Shown here piece after piece: positions 38,601 to 53,015 of a stretch of DNA of 64,000 nucleotides (position 1 is the stretch's first letter; each line of letters starts with the position of its first letter). The DNA is taken from the NCBI GenBank assembly GCA_951406725.2, contig OX597831.1, forward strand, positions 59,210,001 through 59,274,000. Direction: 5' to 3'. A program made the translations under genes and the position numbers. This stretch comes from Octopus vulgaris. Its lineage: Eukaryota. Below the pieces are notes generated by a model that made no database searches, was not told where the DNA came from, and saw only the letters and a list, made by a program, of their open reading frames with translations.

Positions 38601-39616
38601 TCTTTATATATATTTTTACTGTTAGCGATCCCATTGTTTACATATACGTGTTTGACTACGAAAAGTCGTAACTTACAGTGATTGCTCTGAATTTTGTAGG
38701 AAATCTACAAAAATTAATTATTCTCTGGGCCCAATATCTTCAATAAGGCATGTGAAAATATGCAATTGATGCACTAACAGCAAATCGAAATGCATTAACG
38801 TATTAGATTATTGTTAAGATATTTCTTGCTTATATATAAATATGTCTACAAATATCTCAGATAATCTTTGTACCCACAAAAAAATACCACAGTAAATCCG
38901 GTCACAACAGTGGGGGTGTAACAGAACAAAAGAAAAATTACATAAAAAGAAACTCTATTTCTTGTTCCATTTTCCCCAAATCAAAATCGAGATTGCCTTA
39001 TTTCTCCTATAACTAGACTAACATATATTGCCCTTTCGTTTACAATCGAGTTCACACAGGTATTATTAAAAATATTACTTAGAGATTTATTGTGTGAATT
39101 CCATCCAACGTTATAATAGCTTTCTAAAAGCATTTAGCATCGGGATAGAAGACAAGGAAAATACAAAATCTGTTCAGGATGAAAAATGGTTTATTTTCAA
39201 CACAAATCTTACTGTTAATTACAAACAATGCCTCCAGTAAAATGCAGTTATATCTGAAAAATAGAAACGAAGCATATTATTTTGTAGTAATACATCTCAT
39301 GCAAGACAACTCACACAAACATGTACATACATATAAAGACATACAGACGTTTGTACGAAAGCACATGAAGCACACTCATAAGGACACAGTCACGAATATG
39401 CACACGATCTAACTGGCATACACACACACACACATATGTACACGTATTTAGTTTGTTATATTCATATATATAAAAACTTTACATATATGAATATAATAAG
39501 GGCGTATGTGTACATACACATATGCGTATAGTGTAGATAACAGAATCTATGTGCATGAATTTCATGCATATCTGTAAGTGTAAAGAAATGTGTATGTCTA
39601 TTCAGAAACACACACA

Positions 39617-39647
<31 letters not shown>

Positions 39648-39649
39648 TC

Positions 39650-40025
39650 TTTCCTCTTTACTCTTTCCTCTTTTACTCTTTTGCTTGTTTCAATCATTTC
39701 ACTGCGACCGTGCTGGAGCACCGACTTTAGTCGAGCAAATCGACCCTAGGACTTATTTTTTGTAAGCCTAGTGCTTATTCTATCGGTGTCTTTTGCCGAA
39801 CCGCTAAGTTACGGGGACATAAACACATCACCATGGGTGGTCAAGCAATGTTAGGGTCCCAATACAGACACACACATATATACACATACATACATATACA
39901 TATATACATATACGACAGGCTACTTTCAGTTTCCCTCTACCAAATCCACTCACAAGGCTTTGGACGACCCGAGGCTATAGTAGAAGACACTTGCCCAAGG
40001 TGCCACGCAGTGGTTATGAACCTGG
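39650..40025 (-). mobile_element. SINE family A
   Basis: Reverse complement match. Confidence 0.85.
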
Positions 40026-41494
40026 TTTACCGAAACTTTTTGTCCTCTGCGGTTTGTACATATTGTTCTATATAATACGTTACAAATCCAGTTCAAATAG
40101 TTTCATTAAAATCTCAATTTGTTTGAACAAAATTTCATGGAGCAAGAATAATGTGGAATGTGTTCCGAGAAATAAAGTTTGGTATATCACCAATAGTGTT
40201 TCTTCAAGTCGTAGACATGTCGCCTGGCATGTGCTAGTTGCTATTTATTTTATCTAACATAACAGGGGATATTTATCTCCCAAAGTATGTATGATTTGGT
40301 ATGTACAATGTTCTTGAATGCACTATCACTAATTTAGATGGTATTTGTCTTCTATAGGCACTCAGCTTTATCTCATTCTTCCTTCAGCATCGAATACACC
40401 AACAAGAGTTTGCACTCAAACAACTCTCTCTCCATTTCATTCTTTAACTAAATCATAAAAATGTCACATTCCCCGGGATGGACCGTTTATGACAAACGAA
40501 AGGCAAGTGTGCTATATTTAATATTGTCACTTTTACCGAAGAAACAGATAAATCCATTTGAAATTGATTTACCCTTAACTGTGAAATGCAGATTTTTATA
40601 CGTTTTATTGAGGAATGTCATTGTTGCGAATATTTTCCGAGATATCTCATGTTTATTTCGCAGCTTGACTTTCAAAATTTTATTGAAAATACAAGGAAAT
40701 TTAATCTTGCTCTGAAAGGGTTAAGGCGTCTTCCTTAAACAATGGTTGATACCATAGCTTCCTAGTAATGTAAAGTTCACATATCGTAGATAAGCAATCT
40801 GTGTGTGTATAAGAAATTTTCTACAAAGCTCTTATCTGTTTACAGTCTAACGTGTCTTTAAAAGTTATCAGTGTTTAACAAATAAATTTCACACCAAAAA
40901 TGACAAAAGATGAAATACCTATTTTCGTGTTTAATGTACAGACCAGTACCAACCCAGCTCCATTCAGATTAGTCGAATTGGTGATAGCTCGAAATGAAAG
41001 AAGTGATATATCTCAAATCGCACTATTGTGTTTAACAAAATGGACATTTTGTTCTAAGTAGGCCATTAGAAACTCTGTGAAAGGATATAAGCTCGAGTTG
41101 AGTGCAGCTAATCATACGACTCTTCGATTAATATGACAATAACTAAACATATTTAAATACCGTTAATATTATATCATCAATACAGTACTAAAGCAAACAT
41201 AATTACTATTTATTAACTTATTTAGAGTAATGGATTAGTAATTCATAAAATATATAATTTATATTCAAACATTTATAATGTACAAAGGTACTGGAAATAT
41301 ATTCATTATATGTTTTCAATGTTCAAACGAATTTGCTTCAAAGTCTCACACTTAAGTTTGAGTAAGTCGTCTCTAATTATTCTGACTTAACACACATTCG
41401 GAGGCGTTTTAGTGCATTATTTCCAATATATAATATTAGAAATTATTTCTAATATCTATCTATATAAACACACACACATATATTTATATACATA

Positions 41495-41557
<63 letters not shown>

Positions 41558-41582
41558 GTATATATATATGTATATATATATG

Positions 41583-41613
<31 letters not shown>

Positions 41614-41756
41614 GTATATATGTATATACATATATATATATACACACACACACATACACACACACTCACACACATGCACACATACACACATATATATATG
41701 ACTGAGTGGGCAAACGAAACAAAGAGGCATTCAACACATTTATTGGGAGGTACATG

Positions 41757-42015
41757 TATTGTTCAAAACAGTTTAATTCGGAATCTTTACTATTCCAAGT
41801 TTCGAAACCCCATGCCGGTCAGAATTTGAATGAAAGGGGGGATGTGGGAAGTCGATGATGGCTACTGGTCAGTGATTATGGCGGTGGTTGTCTCTCCATT
41901 GCAAACTGCATCTCCCTCTTCATTCGAACTCTCACCAGCCTTGACAAGAGGTTCCGTTAAGGGCTTCGAATTTCGAAGTAGTACGGAATCCAAACTAAAT
42001 TGTTTTGAACAATAT
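41757..42015. repeat. ~55-bp imperfect inverted repeats (pLTR-like) with a degenerate HHR-like motif
   Basis: TATTGTTCAAAACAGTTTAATTCGGAATC.. versus ..GGAATCCAAACTAAATTGTTTTGAACAATA. Confidence 0.6.
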
Positions 42016-42062
42016 AAATATAAATACATGCACACAGGCGCTCGCATACACACACACACACA

Positions 42063-42104
<42 letters not shown>

Positions 42105-44011
42105 CGCGCACGCACACACACCTACACATAGCGTTTCACTAAACTTTATTCGCTTTGTGTATATATATATATATTTAGCCACAAATATGCAAATTCGTTT
42201 CTAAAAGTAGATGTCTATGAAATAAATCATTCCGGCATCATATTCGATGCACGAAAAAATTAATTAAAATAATTAAAACAGATTCATTGTAAATATGAAT
42301 AAATTCTATATTTCATTTTCGTAACTACTTTTTATTTCATAATGTAATTATGTTCAACTACTGTATTTCTGTGCTAGTGTGCATATATTGGGATGATAAT
42401 TTATCCTGATAGATTATTCCGGCTTATATAAATATACAAACTTCAAAATGCAATTGATGAATTAATTTGGTATTATAAATAGAGATAATTTAATGAAATG
42501 CATCCCCACTTGAAGATTGGCAAATCAATTGAAGACATTTACTTCGCAATTATTTTTCTTTAATTATTAATTTATAATTAATAGAAATCAACAAAAATAC
42601 TCATACATGTTTTCCATAATTATTTCTTACTGAATTTGAATAACACAAACTAATGAGAAATACATGTGATTGCTTAAAAGATAAAATTCATGGACGCATG
42701 ATATATTCTTGTTTTGAATCTACATATTATATGGAGACTGTAACAACAGTAGCAAATCTCCACGTGAAATGTAGATTAGATAGAAGCACAAAATTTGATT
42801 TTAAGCGAAACTATAACCTTCAAGTTAAATTTAAACGGGATCATTCTTCTGAAAGTTAGGCGAATATTATAAAGGAATCTCCGTTTGTAGTATTTGCAAT
42901 TTTCCTACTACGAACATTGAATTAATTGATATATGCATAGGCAATTTAGAGCAATGTTACATAGAAATGAACTTAGAAATTTGCATTTGACAGGTAATGG
43001 AGTGTTTAAACTTAAAACCCTATGCTTTGAAACGATGGACGTAAGAATGCCATGATATTTATATAATTATCAGTTTGCTTATGAAATAATGGATACGCTA
43101 ACTATAATGTACTATGCAACCATAAGGCATTTAACTGGGTGTAGAATATTTACAAAGCTTCTTACAAAAAACAAAGGATCGAAGCAAAATAATGGAAATA
43201 TCAGTGTAGCACGCTTGCTATAATTAATATGACTAATTAAGTGCAAATCATCTCACTAACCGCTTTCTTTCTTAGGTTGAAAGGCATAGTTTGTGACCAC
43301 TTATAACACTACTACATGGCCCTTCGGTACCTTTTGTAAAGTCTCTCATTTCGAAGCAACCCAGACTGCTCTGTGATATGAAGGCAAGTTCCATAACTCC
43401 TGCAGCAGACTTGGTGAACATGAAGAGCCATGAACTATAACAAAAAGTTATCTTATCTAAAAGCAGACTGGATAATATAACATATTAATTAAGAGTAATT
43501 TAATTACGAATTCTATATTTCATAAGGAATATTTATTTGTATATGTAAAAATACAAAAAGTATGTTGGAAATTATATTATGGATATCATTTGATTTCCAG
43601 CATTTAACACATAAATGATAATCATATCTCATGATGCTCATTGATTGTGATATACTGTGATATACTAAATATATCACACTTGTTTTTTTATAACCATTGT
43701 AAAAGGAAATACATCCATTCTACTAAGCGTCTTAAAACTTACACAATTTATTCTGCAATTTTTCAGCTCTAGCTTAATTATCGATAAGCTCTGATAATTT
43801 ACTTCTACCTTATCACAATTATATTCACAGGATTCAAAACTATTGTATAATACCAGTTAATTTAATTAAATTCACTGATAACATCCAGCAGATTATTTTG
43901 TGAATTGATATTTTAGAGTGCTACAAAAATTTAATATCTCAATCCCCAGTATTAAGTTTTTGTGTGTGTGTATGTGTGTGTGTGTGTAAATATATATATG
44001 TATATATGTGT

Positions 44012-44460
44012 ACAGGCGTTGCGATATGGTAACAAGCTTCTTTTTAATTGCATGGTACCTGGTTGCGTCGCACTGTGTGGCAGGTTCATTAAGTGGTTTC
44101 CACTATAGATACGTGCGAAACAATGTTTCGTATGTATGTATACATATACATGCATACACACACACACACGCACACACACACACGCACACACATATATACT
44201 TATATGTATGTATATATATGTATGTATGCATTTGCGTGTACGTGTGTGTCTCTTTCAGGCTGTGTTTAACTTGATCAACGCTTGACAGTCAGTATTGGAG
44301 GACCTGCAACCCCGTTGCTTAGCGTTTCGTCTTGAGAGCCGACAGAGGACGCAACAAAAGAAAAAATAAATCAGTACTCGGGAGATTCGTTCGAGTAAAA
44401 TAATTAAAGGCGGTGCTCCAGATAGACTGCAGTTAAATGACAGCAGTAAGTAAAAAAAAA
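44012..44460 (+). mobile_element. Degenerate SINE family A
   Basis: Head CAGGCGTTGCGATATGGTAAC.. and tail AAAGGCGGTGCTCCAG..GCAGTTAAATGAC. Confidence 0.6.
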
Positions 44461-44913
44461 AACTTATACCGGCCATGTTTCCGTGTATTCGAATATGTGC
44501 TTTCGTTAAATTTCACACTGATGCATTTAATATATCACATGACACAATGTAGTTTACCCACAGCCTATATAAATATAGTGATACTATGCCAGCAGAATCT
44601 GTCGAAGTAAACATCGGAAAGAGTCGACCTGAAAGAGGTAACAGTCCTTGCTCTGTACAGAATGGGTTAGATAACGTCGTGAAGAGGCCTTGTACCCGAC
44701 ACACCTCTAAACGGAATGCACCTTCGGTCTCGAAGATATATCCAAATAGCGTGAGAGAAAATTATATTACGAATTAAAAGCAGATCTAATGATATCAGTC
44801 GTACGTATATGGTGTCTGTCTGTCTCTCTGTCTATCTATCATTCTATCTATCATTCTATCTATCTATCTATCTATCTATCTATCCATCTATCTATCTATC
44901 AATCCATTCATCC

Positions 44914-44975
<62 letters not shown>

Positions 44976-45300
44976 ATATCTATATATATATATATATATC
45001 TGTCTATTTATCTATATTACCAATATGGTTAGGTGTATAGACCTATATCAAGCACACTGCAATTGGCTACTGTCTGTTATACAATCCTGATATGCAACAG
45101 TGTACGGCATTTAACCGCAAAGAAGATATATATATAGTGACGTCAACCATATTGCGGAAATAAGATCAACACATATTGACGTCAATTTCATGGCAGTGAG
45201 TGATCCGTCATTATTTATTGTGTTTTAACAGACCTCCCACCGACACAGGCAAACACGCACAAACTTTTATTTCTATATATATACATATTTATATATATAC

Positions 45301-45334
<34 letters not shown>

Positions 45335-45394
45335 ATGCTTTTGTATGTGTTTGTGTGTGCATATCAATCTATCTATCTATTTATCTATCTATTA

Positions 45395-45600
45395 GCCACT
45401 ACACACATTTTCTTCTCTCCTTTTTTTCTCTCCATTTTTACTCTCCTTGTTTCTCTCCTTGTATTTTCTGTGTACCTTTCTGTAGAAGAGCGTAGGCTCG
45501 AAACGTAAGACTTTTTCTATTCCTGAGCGCTATACTCATACATCTGTTTGTTTATACACCACCTGCCTTCGTCTTTTGTTTATTTTCGTAAACTTTCCCT
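45395..45600 (+). mobile_element. pLTR-like repeat with a degenerate HHR motif at 45476-45512
   Basis: CTGTAGA-A-GAGC(gtag)GCTC-GAA-ACGT-A; lies next to a PLE endonuclease fragment. Confidence 0.45.
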
Positions 45601-45601
45601 T

Positions 45602-45677
<76 letters not shown>

Positions 45678-45784
45678 CCAAAATTCAGGGTGAATACTTG
45701 ATAATTGTAAGCACCAGTATATACCTTTTGGTGGTGTAGGTGGTAGAGTATATTAATCAAAATATAAACAGCTATGTTGAAATC

Positions 45785-45971
45785 TTCCTGGAAATCCAGG
45801 TACTACAACCACCGGTACTCATTCAGGTATAGACAGAAGGCTAGCAGCACCTCCCTAACTAAAAAAATTTGGGGATTAAAAGACAATAGCATATTTTTCA
45901 ACCTCAGGTGGTCCATCATCGGATCAGCTGCACCTTATTTAAATAATAGAACAGGATTCCAGCTATGTTGA
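45785..45971 (+). mobile_element. Penelope-like GIY-YIG C-terminal fragment
   Basis: WKSRYYNHRYSFR..STSLTKKIWGLKD..LRWSII..AAPY..QLC. Confidence 0.75.
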
Positions 45972-46021
45972 AACCCACTGAATCCTTGGCATCATGTTTT
46001 TATTTTTTAATTAATATATAT

Positions 46022-46538
<517 letters not shown>

Positions 46539-47994
46539 AAACTGAATAATAGACATTAGCAACCCTGTGAATTAGAGTGGATTCCTTAGAGATGTGAACA
46601 TATATAGAAGATATCACAATATAGACTATGAAACACCAAGCGTGGGAGCAAACTATACAAATAATTATAGATATTGCGAAATGAGAAAAAGAATTTGGGC
46701 ACGCAATTGGAGCAGACTTGAAATAAAGTGTATGTGTAAAGACTGATATTGAGCTCTGTGAGAACCAACTAAGTAAATACAGAAAGAATTACTTGAAAAT
46801 AAATGTGGCATAGAATTTTGCTTTCTCACACACAAAAAAACTGTATGAAGATAATGAAATTGGTCGTTTTCCACTTTCTTAGCAAAGGCCATTTTAATTT
46901 ATCTTACAAAATTCAGTAGCCTAATATTAGTTTAACGCTATTGCAAGCAAAAATAGCGTTGTGTATTTGGAATAATGATCAACTATATAATATAATAGCT
47001 AATGCCTATTTCAAAGAAGAAAAGGAAGATACACTAACTTTTAACTTGGGTTAACTTCAGATGAAGCCATGCTGTTATTAGTGGAACATATAGTGAGAAT
47101 TAGTGGTGTATTGGCTCCTTTTAGAGTTATAATAGATAATATTTTTATCATTAAATTTCGATGAGGACTCTTGATACTATATTACAGCTTTTAGTGTTAC
47201 ATTTGTTGCTTTCGATTCTGAAATCATTTCATTCCTGCTTGATCATTACTCTCATAAGAAGCCTTTTCCGTGTAACATACTTCTTCTTTCCTACAGAAAA
47301 AATATTTATAGAAGTTAATTATCAATTGTATTCTCCTTTATAGAGAGAGTCTATTTCTAATATTTAAAGTGAGATATCTGTGAAATATCTGTTAATTATA
47401 ACAAATTTAATCCGAGGGCAGAAGCATTTCACCCTTTACTCAATAGAACTTGCTTAATATGATTCATCGCCCGAATAATTTCTGAAAAGTTAGAAAATGC
47501 CTCGTGTGTGCTTCAGTATAAGATATAGGTCAGAGTTGAGATTTCTATCAAAAGTTATCGTCGTGTCCATAATGCTTGCATTTGTAACACCTAAATTATT
47601 TCCACTATATCTTGTTAGTAAAACCCATTGACATCTCATGGTATATCTCTTACAATATTGTTTGAGTCTGCAATAACGTAAGTCAACGTAGTTGCTGAAC
47701 ACGTGACAGCATTCCTCAACTTAAAATATAATACAAAGCTAACCAACAGCAAGATTATGTACAATGAATTTAAGTAATTTGGTACAATCTATGATTTGGT
47801 AGAATTGAAATGAACCAACGAGTGTGCAAGAAGCCCCAGCTGTAAGACTGATAACAGCATTTAGTAGTAACAATAAAATATATAATAAAAAGGACTGAGT
47901 CCTTTCAAATTCAGTAATATTGTCCAGCGTATATCTTCTGGTGTCGTTAGATACACATGTGTAAACTTTTTCTTTTCAGATATACAGCCTGGCG

Positions 47995-48397
47995 AGGGGT
48001 GGCTGTGTGGTAAGTAGCCTGCTAACCAACCGCATGGTTCCGGGTTCAGTCCCACTGCGTGGCACCTTGGGCAAGTGTCTTCTACTATAGCCTCGGGCCG
48101 ACCAAAGCCTTGTGAGTGGATTTGGTAGACGGAAACTGAAAGAAGCCCGTCGTATATATATATGTATGTGTGTATGTGTTTGTGTGTCTGCGTTTGTCCC
48201 CTCAACATCGATTGACAACCGATGCTGGTGTGTTTACATCTCCGTAACTTAGCGGTTCAGCAAAAATTGACCGATGTAATAAGTACTAGGTTTACAAAGA
48301 ATAAGTCCTGGGGGCGATTTGCTCGACTAAAGGCGGTGCTCCAGCATGGCCACAGTCAAATGACTGAAACAAGTAAAGGAGTAAAAGAGTAAAAGAG
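47995..48397 (+). mobile_element. SINE family A, full-length
   Basis: Matches 831-1233. Confidence 0.88.
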
Positions 48398-49177
48398 CCT
48401 ACTGCAATTTGTATTTCAATTTGCATGATAATATTTTGATACTGAATCTGTATAACATACAGAAATATGTTTCAGAACTTTACATCACAATGTATTTTTA
48501 TATATTCGTTTATATATTCGTTTATGGTATTTTAACACAGATAACGTTTCATCATATATTGTTCATGTGCCTGGAATTGTATACAGATCATCTGTCAGTT
48601 TTAAGTCAGAATATTTAATTTATGCTGACATATTGTAATAACATTTAATCGCTTTAAGTAACAGATTATATCTCTGTCATTTACGTAAAAAAATGTATAA
48701 ATACAAATTTTGGAGCCCAATAAAAAGTTTATATTTATAAACGCCACTTCTTATCCTTTTCGTCCGCTGTACATTAACCACGACCCGCCCATTGTCGCAA
48801 CCAGGCATTGTACGATGATTTGAATTAATTTTTGCAATCCAGCTGTCCTTTCCAGACCTGATTTCGTCTTTCTGAACCGATTTACTCTGAGGTGAATTAT
48901 ATATAATTGAAATGTAATTATGTATATCAGAAAAAATATATGTAAGTAGAAACAATTTGTTGAACTTTTATACGGTTTTTATAATTATTAATACAGTATT
49001 ATGGCATATTATATATTATAGTCATAGTATTTAATGTAATAATGTAATATAAATAAATTATTGAATGTCAATAGAACATTTCCATATTTAATTTATCTTT
49101 ACTATTTAATTATACCAATATTTATATGATATCCAACAGACACAGCTGCATACATAGACACATGTATATATACATGT

Positions 49178-49692
49178 AGCAAATCCACGCACAAGGCTTC
49201 GGTTGGGCAGATATTGTAGTAGAGGACAATTACCGAAGTAGTGGAAGGCACTTACCTGCGCAGTGGTACTAAACGCAGAACCCTGTGTGTGAGAATCAAG
49301 CTTCTTACAAAACAACCACGCCTGCGCCTATATACAAACTTATATACATTAACCAGTGACTTATATACATTAACACACCACCTTGAAGGATTTCTTTTCC
49401 CCAGTTTGTCGCTTTATATGCATACGTTTGTATATACATATATATATATGTGTGTGTGTGTGTGTGTATACATACAAACATATATGTGTGTATGTGTGTG
49501 TATTTGAGCGTCTGTGTTTGTCCCGCACCATTGCTTGAAAACCGATACTGGTATGTTTACGTCCCCCTTAAATTAACGGTTCGGCAAAAGAGAACGATAG
49601 AATAAGTATTAGGCTTAGAAAGAATAAGAACTAGGTTCGATTTTTTCGATTTAAGGTGGTTTTCCAGCATGACCTCATTCATATCACTGAAA
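49178..49692. mobile_element. SINE family A, diverged: 5' half on - (49178-49330), 3' half on + (49508-49692)
   Basis: Recognisable head and tail motifs in opposite orientations. Confidence 0.65.
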
Positions 49693-49724
49693 AAAAAAGC
49701 ATATCTTTTTATGCATCTAACTAT

Positions 49725-49947
49725 ATACATAATTTCCATTATTTACACGAATTACATTTGGCAGAAATTTGTCTTCATCTTGCTTATTGTTTACACAACG
49801 TTTCAGCTGGTCATCCAGGCGTTTCCAGCCTTCTGTGTTTTCATTCCTAAGGTATTTTTCGATGTTACCATTACCATCTTCCTCTTCCTCCTCCTCGTCA
49901 TCATCATCATCATCATCATTATAATAATAATAATAATAATAAAAACA

Positions 49948-50000
<53 letters not shown>

Positions 50001-50054
50001 CATTATTTTTATTTTTATTCAGGTCAATGCCTGGTATCGATCTTGGGATCTTGG
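49725..50054 (-). mobile_element. tRNA-headed / (AAT)n / HHR-tailed short element, left copy
   Basis: Minus strand: ..GATCGATACCAGGCATTGACCTGAA-(AAT)n-CATCGAAAAATACCTTAGG..GAAGGCTGG..CCAGCTGAAACGTTGTGT.. Confidence 0.7.
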
Positions 50055-50057
50055 ATT

Positions 50058-50158
50058 CCGGTTAAGAGCGCGGGCTACTAACCCCACGATTCCGAATTTG
50101 ATTCCAGGCAGTGACCTGAATTATAATAATAATAATAATGATAATAATAATAATAATG

Positions 50159-50252
<94 letters not shown>

Positions 50253-50746
50253 GGAAGCGTTATCATGTACATTGTTTTGTCTTGGTATAAAAGATGGGCT
50301 ACAGCAAATATTCTGCTCAATACCACAGATTTGCTTGTCAGTTGTTTGACCGTAACCAGTTGAGCATGTCCCTTAGTGGCTGACGATATGTGCATCTCTG
50401 ATCACGAGCAGAAGTAGTGGGGGAGCATCATAGCCATGTGTTGAGAGGGATTCTTTGGGGTTTGAATAGTTCACCTCTTGAAACATGGGTGGTTCTTTCA
50501 ACATCCTTAAACAACTCTTATTCAGGGACCGTTTGAGCGGGATGGGCTACTCAACCTGAAGAAAATTCTAACTGCAAGGTCATGTGCTGTTTATCATGAT
50601 ATGAGATCACCATGTCGCGCACATATGGTTGTGATGCATGTGCCTGATGTACCTTTATCAGACGGGTAGTCATGATGGGTATATTGGGCTTCGTGTATTT
50701 CACACCAGTGTCACTTTGATAGCATGAACTGCTCTCTCACTCAATG

Positions 50747-50809
<63 letters not shown>

Positions 50810-50838
50810 GCATCAGCAACAGCATCAGCAGCAGCAGC

Positions 50839-50886
<48 letters not shown>

Positions 50887-50913
50887 AATAATAATAACAA
50901 CAACAACAACAAA

Positions 50914-50989
<76 letters not shown>

Positions 50990-51175
50990 CAATATCGAAA
51001 AATACCTTAATAATAAAAACTCATGTTCGAAATTTCTCGAAGACACATGATGAAGGCTGGTGGGTATATTAACCAAAACGTTGTGTTAAAACAACCAAGA
51101 TGACGACAAAGATCCGTCAAATGTAAATAATGTAAATAATGTACATAATACCTCATCTCTTAAATATAGAACTGA
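50058..51175 (+). mobile_element. tRNA-headed / (AAT)n / HHR-tailed short element, right copy (interrupted)
   Basis: CCGGTTAAGAGCGCGGGCTACTAACCCC..GATTCC head resembling tRNA-Ile(AAT); tail gacac-ATGATGA-AGGCTGG..AACC-AAA-ACGT-T-gtgtt. Confidence 0.7.
50252..50743. mobile_element. ~490-bp non-coding insertion within (AAT)n, probably a non-autonomous retroelement
   Basis: Relatively GC-rich unique block bounded on both sides by AAT repeats, splitting the element above. Confidence 0.5.
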
Positions 51176-51278
51176 GTTAAGTTTATGTCAGCTCCTAGTG
51201 CGACCAATGGTTTCGCATCCATAAAAGGCCTTGCCGGATGGACGACTCGTTAGACTATAAAGCCTGAACCTTATAATT

Positions 51279-51394
51279 CTTCAACTCTGAGAAGTAGGAG
51301 TCATTTACGGACAGTTAGTGAGTAACCAAAGATTTTTCTTTGGATACTTATTAACTGACTAGCTGTAAGTGTTTCCTACTTCTCAGAGTTGAAG
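51279..51394. repeat. 116-nt hairpin (MITE-like)
   Basis: CTTCAACTCTGAGAAGTAGGA / TCCTACTTCTCAGAGTTGAAG 21-bp perfect terminal stem, with inner pairing. Confidence 0.8.
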
Positions 51395-52033
51395 GTTTAT
51401 ATGCATAGATATGCTTAAGCACACGCACACATAAACACATTTCACTATATGTAGTAGCACATGCAATACAATTGTGCATACATTCCTAAAATATACACGT
51501 TATCACTCGCAGAAATATAAAATATGGCGGCTTCCTGATATCAACTGGAAAGTTTGAAGCCACCATAAGAAAAGTATTCGGGTATTTAGGTTTGAATGAT
51601 AGGGTGGCAATTCAATATTAATAGCATATTTCCATTTTCATATTGACAAATGGTAATGCACGAAAAATTTATCCAGCGAGAGTCTCTAGAGATAGGCAGC
51701 AGAAAATGCATGTTGACGTCTACACTCCTTCAGAACATTAGGCACTTTATTGGTGCGAAATCACTGGTCTCACTATGACCGGACATTGACTTAACGGCAT
51801 ATAAATACATTACTGTGCTAGGATTTAGAATGTGCTTCCTTCTTTAGAAATATGATACACTGTCGATATATACTTATATATAAGCATATTCTATCAATTA
51901 CTATGTAAGCTGATCTTAAATGCAAACATACATATTTAAAATGTTTACATATTTGTGCGTATTATTTTATATATATTCACGTTTTGAAATAATAGAGTTG
52001 TTTGTTTTTTTACCTATCACATGACGGTTTTGA

Positions 52034-52088
<55 letters not shown>

Positions 52089-52097
52089 TATATATGT

Positions 52098-52136
<39 letters not shown>

Positions 52137-52254
52137 TACATATACACACACACACACATATATATTCGTATACATGTGCACACATGCACACACATTACAC
52201 TCACATACCGTAAGTGTATCGATTATATATATATATATATACATATATATATGT

Positions 52255-52303
<49 letters not shown>

Positions 52304-52414
52304 CATATATACATATACACACACACACATATATATATTCGTATACATGTGCACACATGCACACACATTACACTCACATACCGTAAGTGTATCGTATATC
52401 TGAAAAAGAAGAAG

Positions 52415-52610
52415 CACGAAATTTTGTCAGTGAACAGGTCGTGGTTTCGGTGCGACGAAATTATTTTGACAAGTTCAATTTAAATTTTGAAGTGAACCTA
52501 ATGGTTTTTTGTATATTTTTAAATGGGTTATAATCACCTTCCATGCTGTAATTGTTTCTATTTTAGCACACGTTCTCAGAACAGGTCATTTGCTATGCAA
52601 GTATATCTCT
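52415..52610 (+). mobile_element. pLTR-like family E, diverged copy; G3-C8 HHR motif at 52424-52472
   Basis: ttgtca-GTGAACA-G-GTCGT..GCGAC-GAA-ATTATT-T-tgacaa. Confidence 0.7.
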
Positions 52611-52620
52611 GTTTTGCAAG

Positions 52621-52663
<43 letters not shown>

Positions 52664-52922
52664 GCATATACACACAAACATATATAGATATATATAGATA
52701 TGCATTCATATCTATCTATATATATAGATAGATAAATAGATATAGGTATGAACGAATGCAGATTTCTATTGCATATTCATGTACACATACATATCTATGT
52801 ATGGTGTGTGTATACATATAAATGTGTTTGTAGGCATATATATATATATGTATACACACATACAATCAGATACACAATATATATACGTACGTGTGTGCAA
52901 GAGAGTACAGGTATACGAAAAT

Positions 52923-53015
<93 letters not shown>

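Noticed and set aside
48677-48955. Relatively GC-rich minus-strand ORF or exon candidate
   Set aside because: No recognisable motif; needs BLAST or RNA-seq
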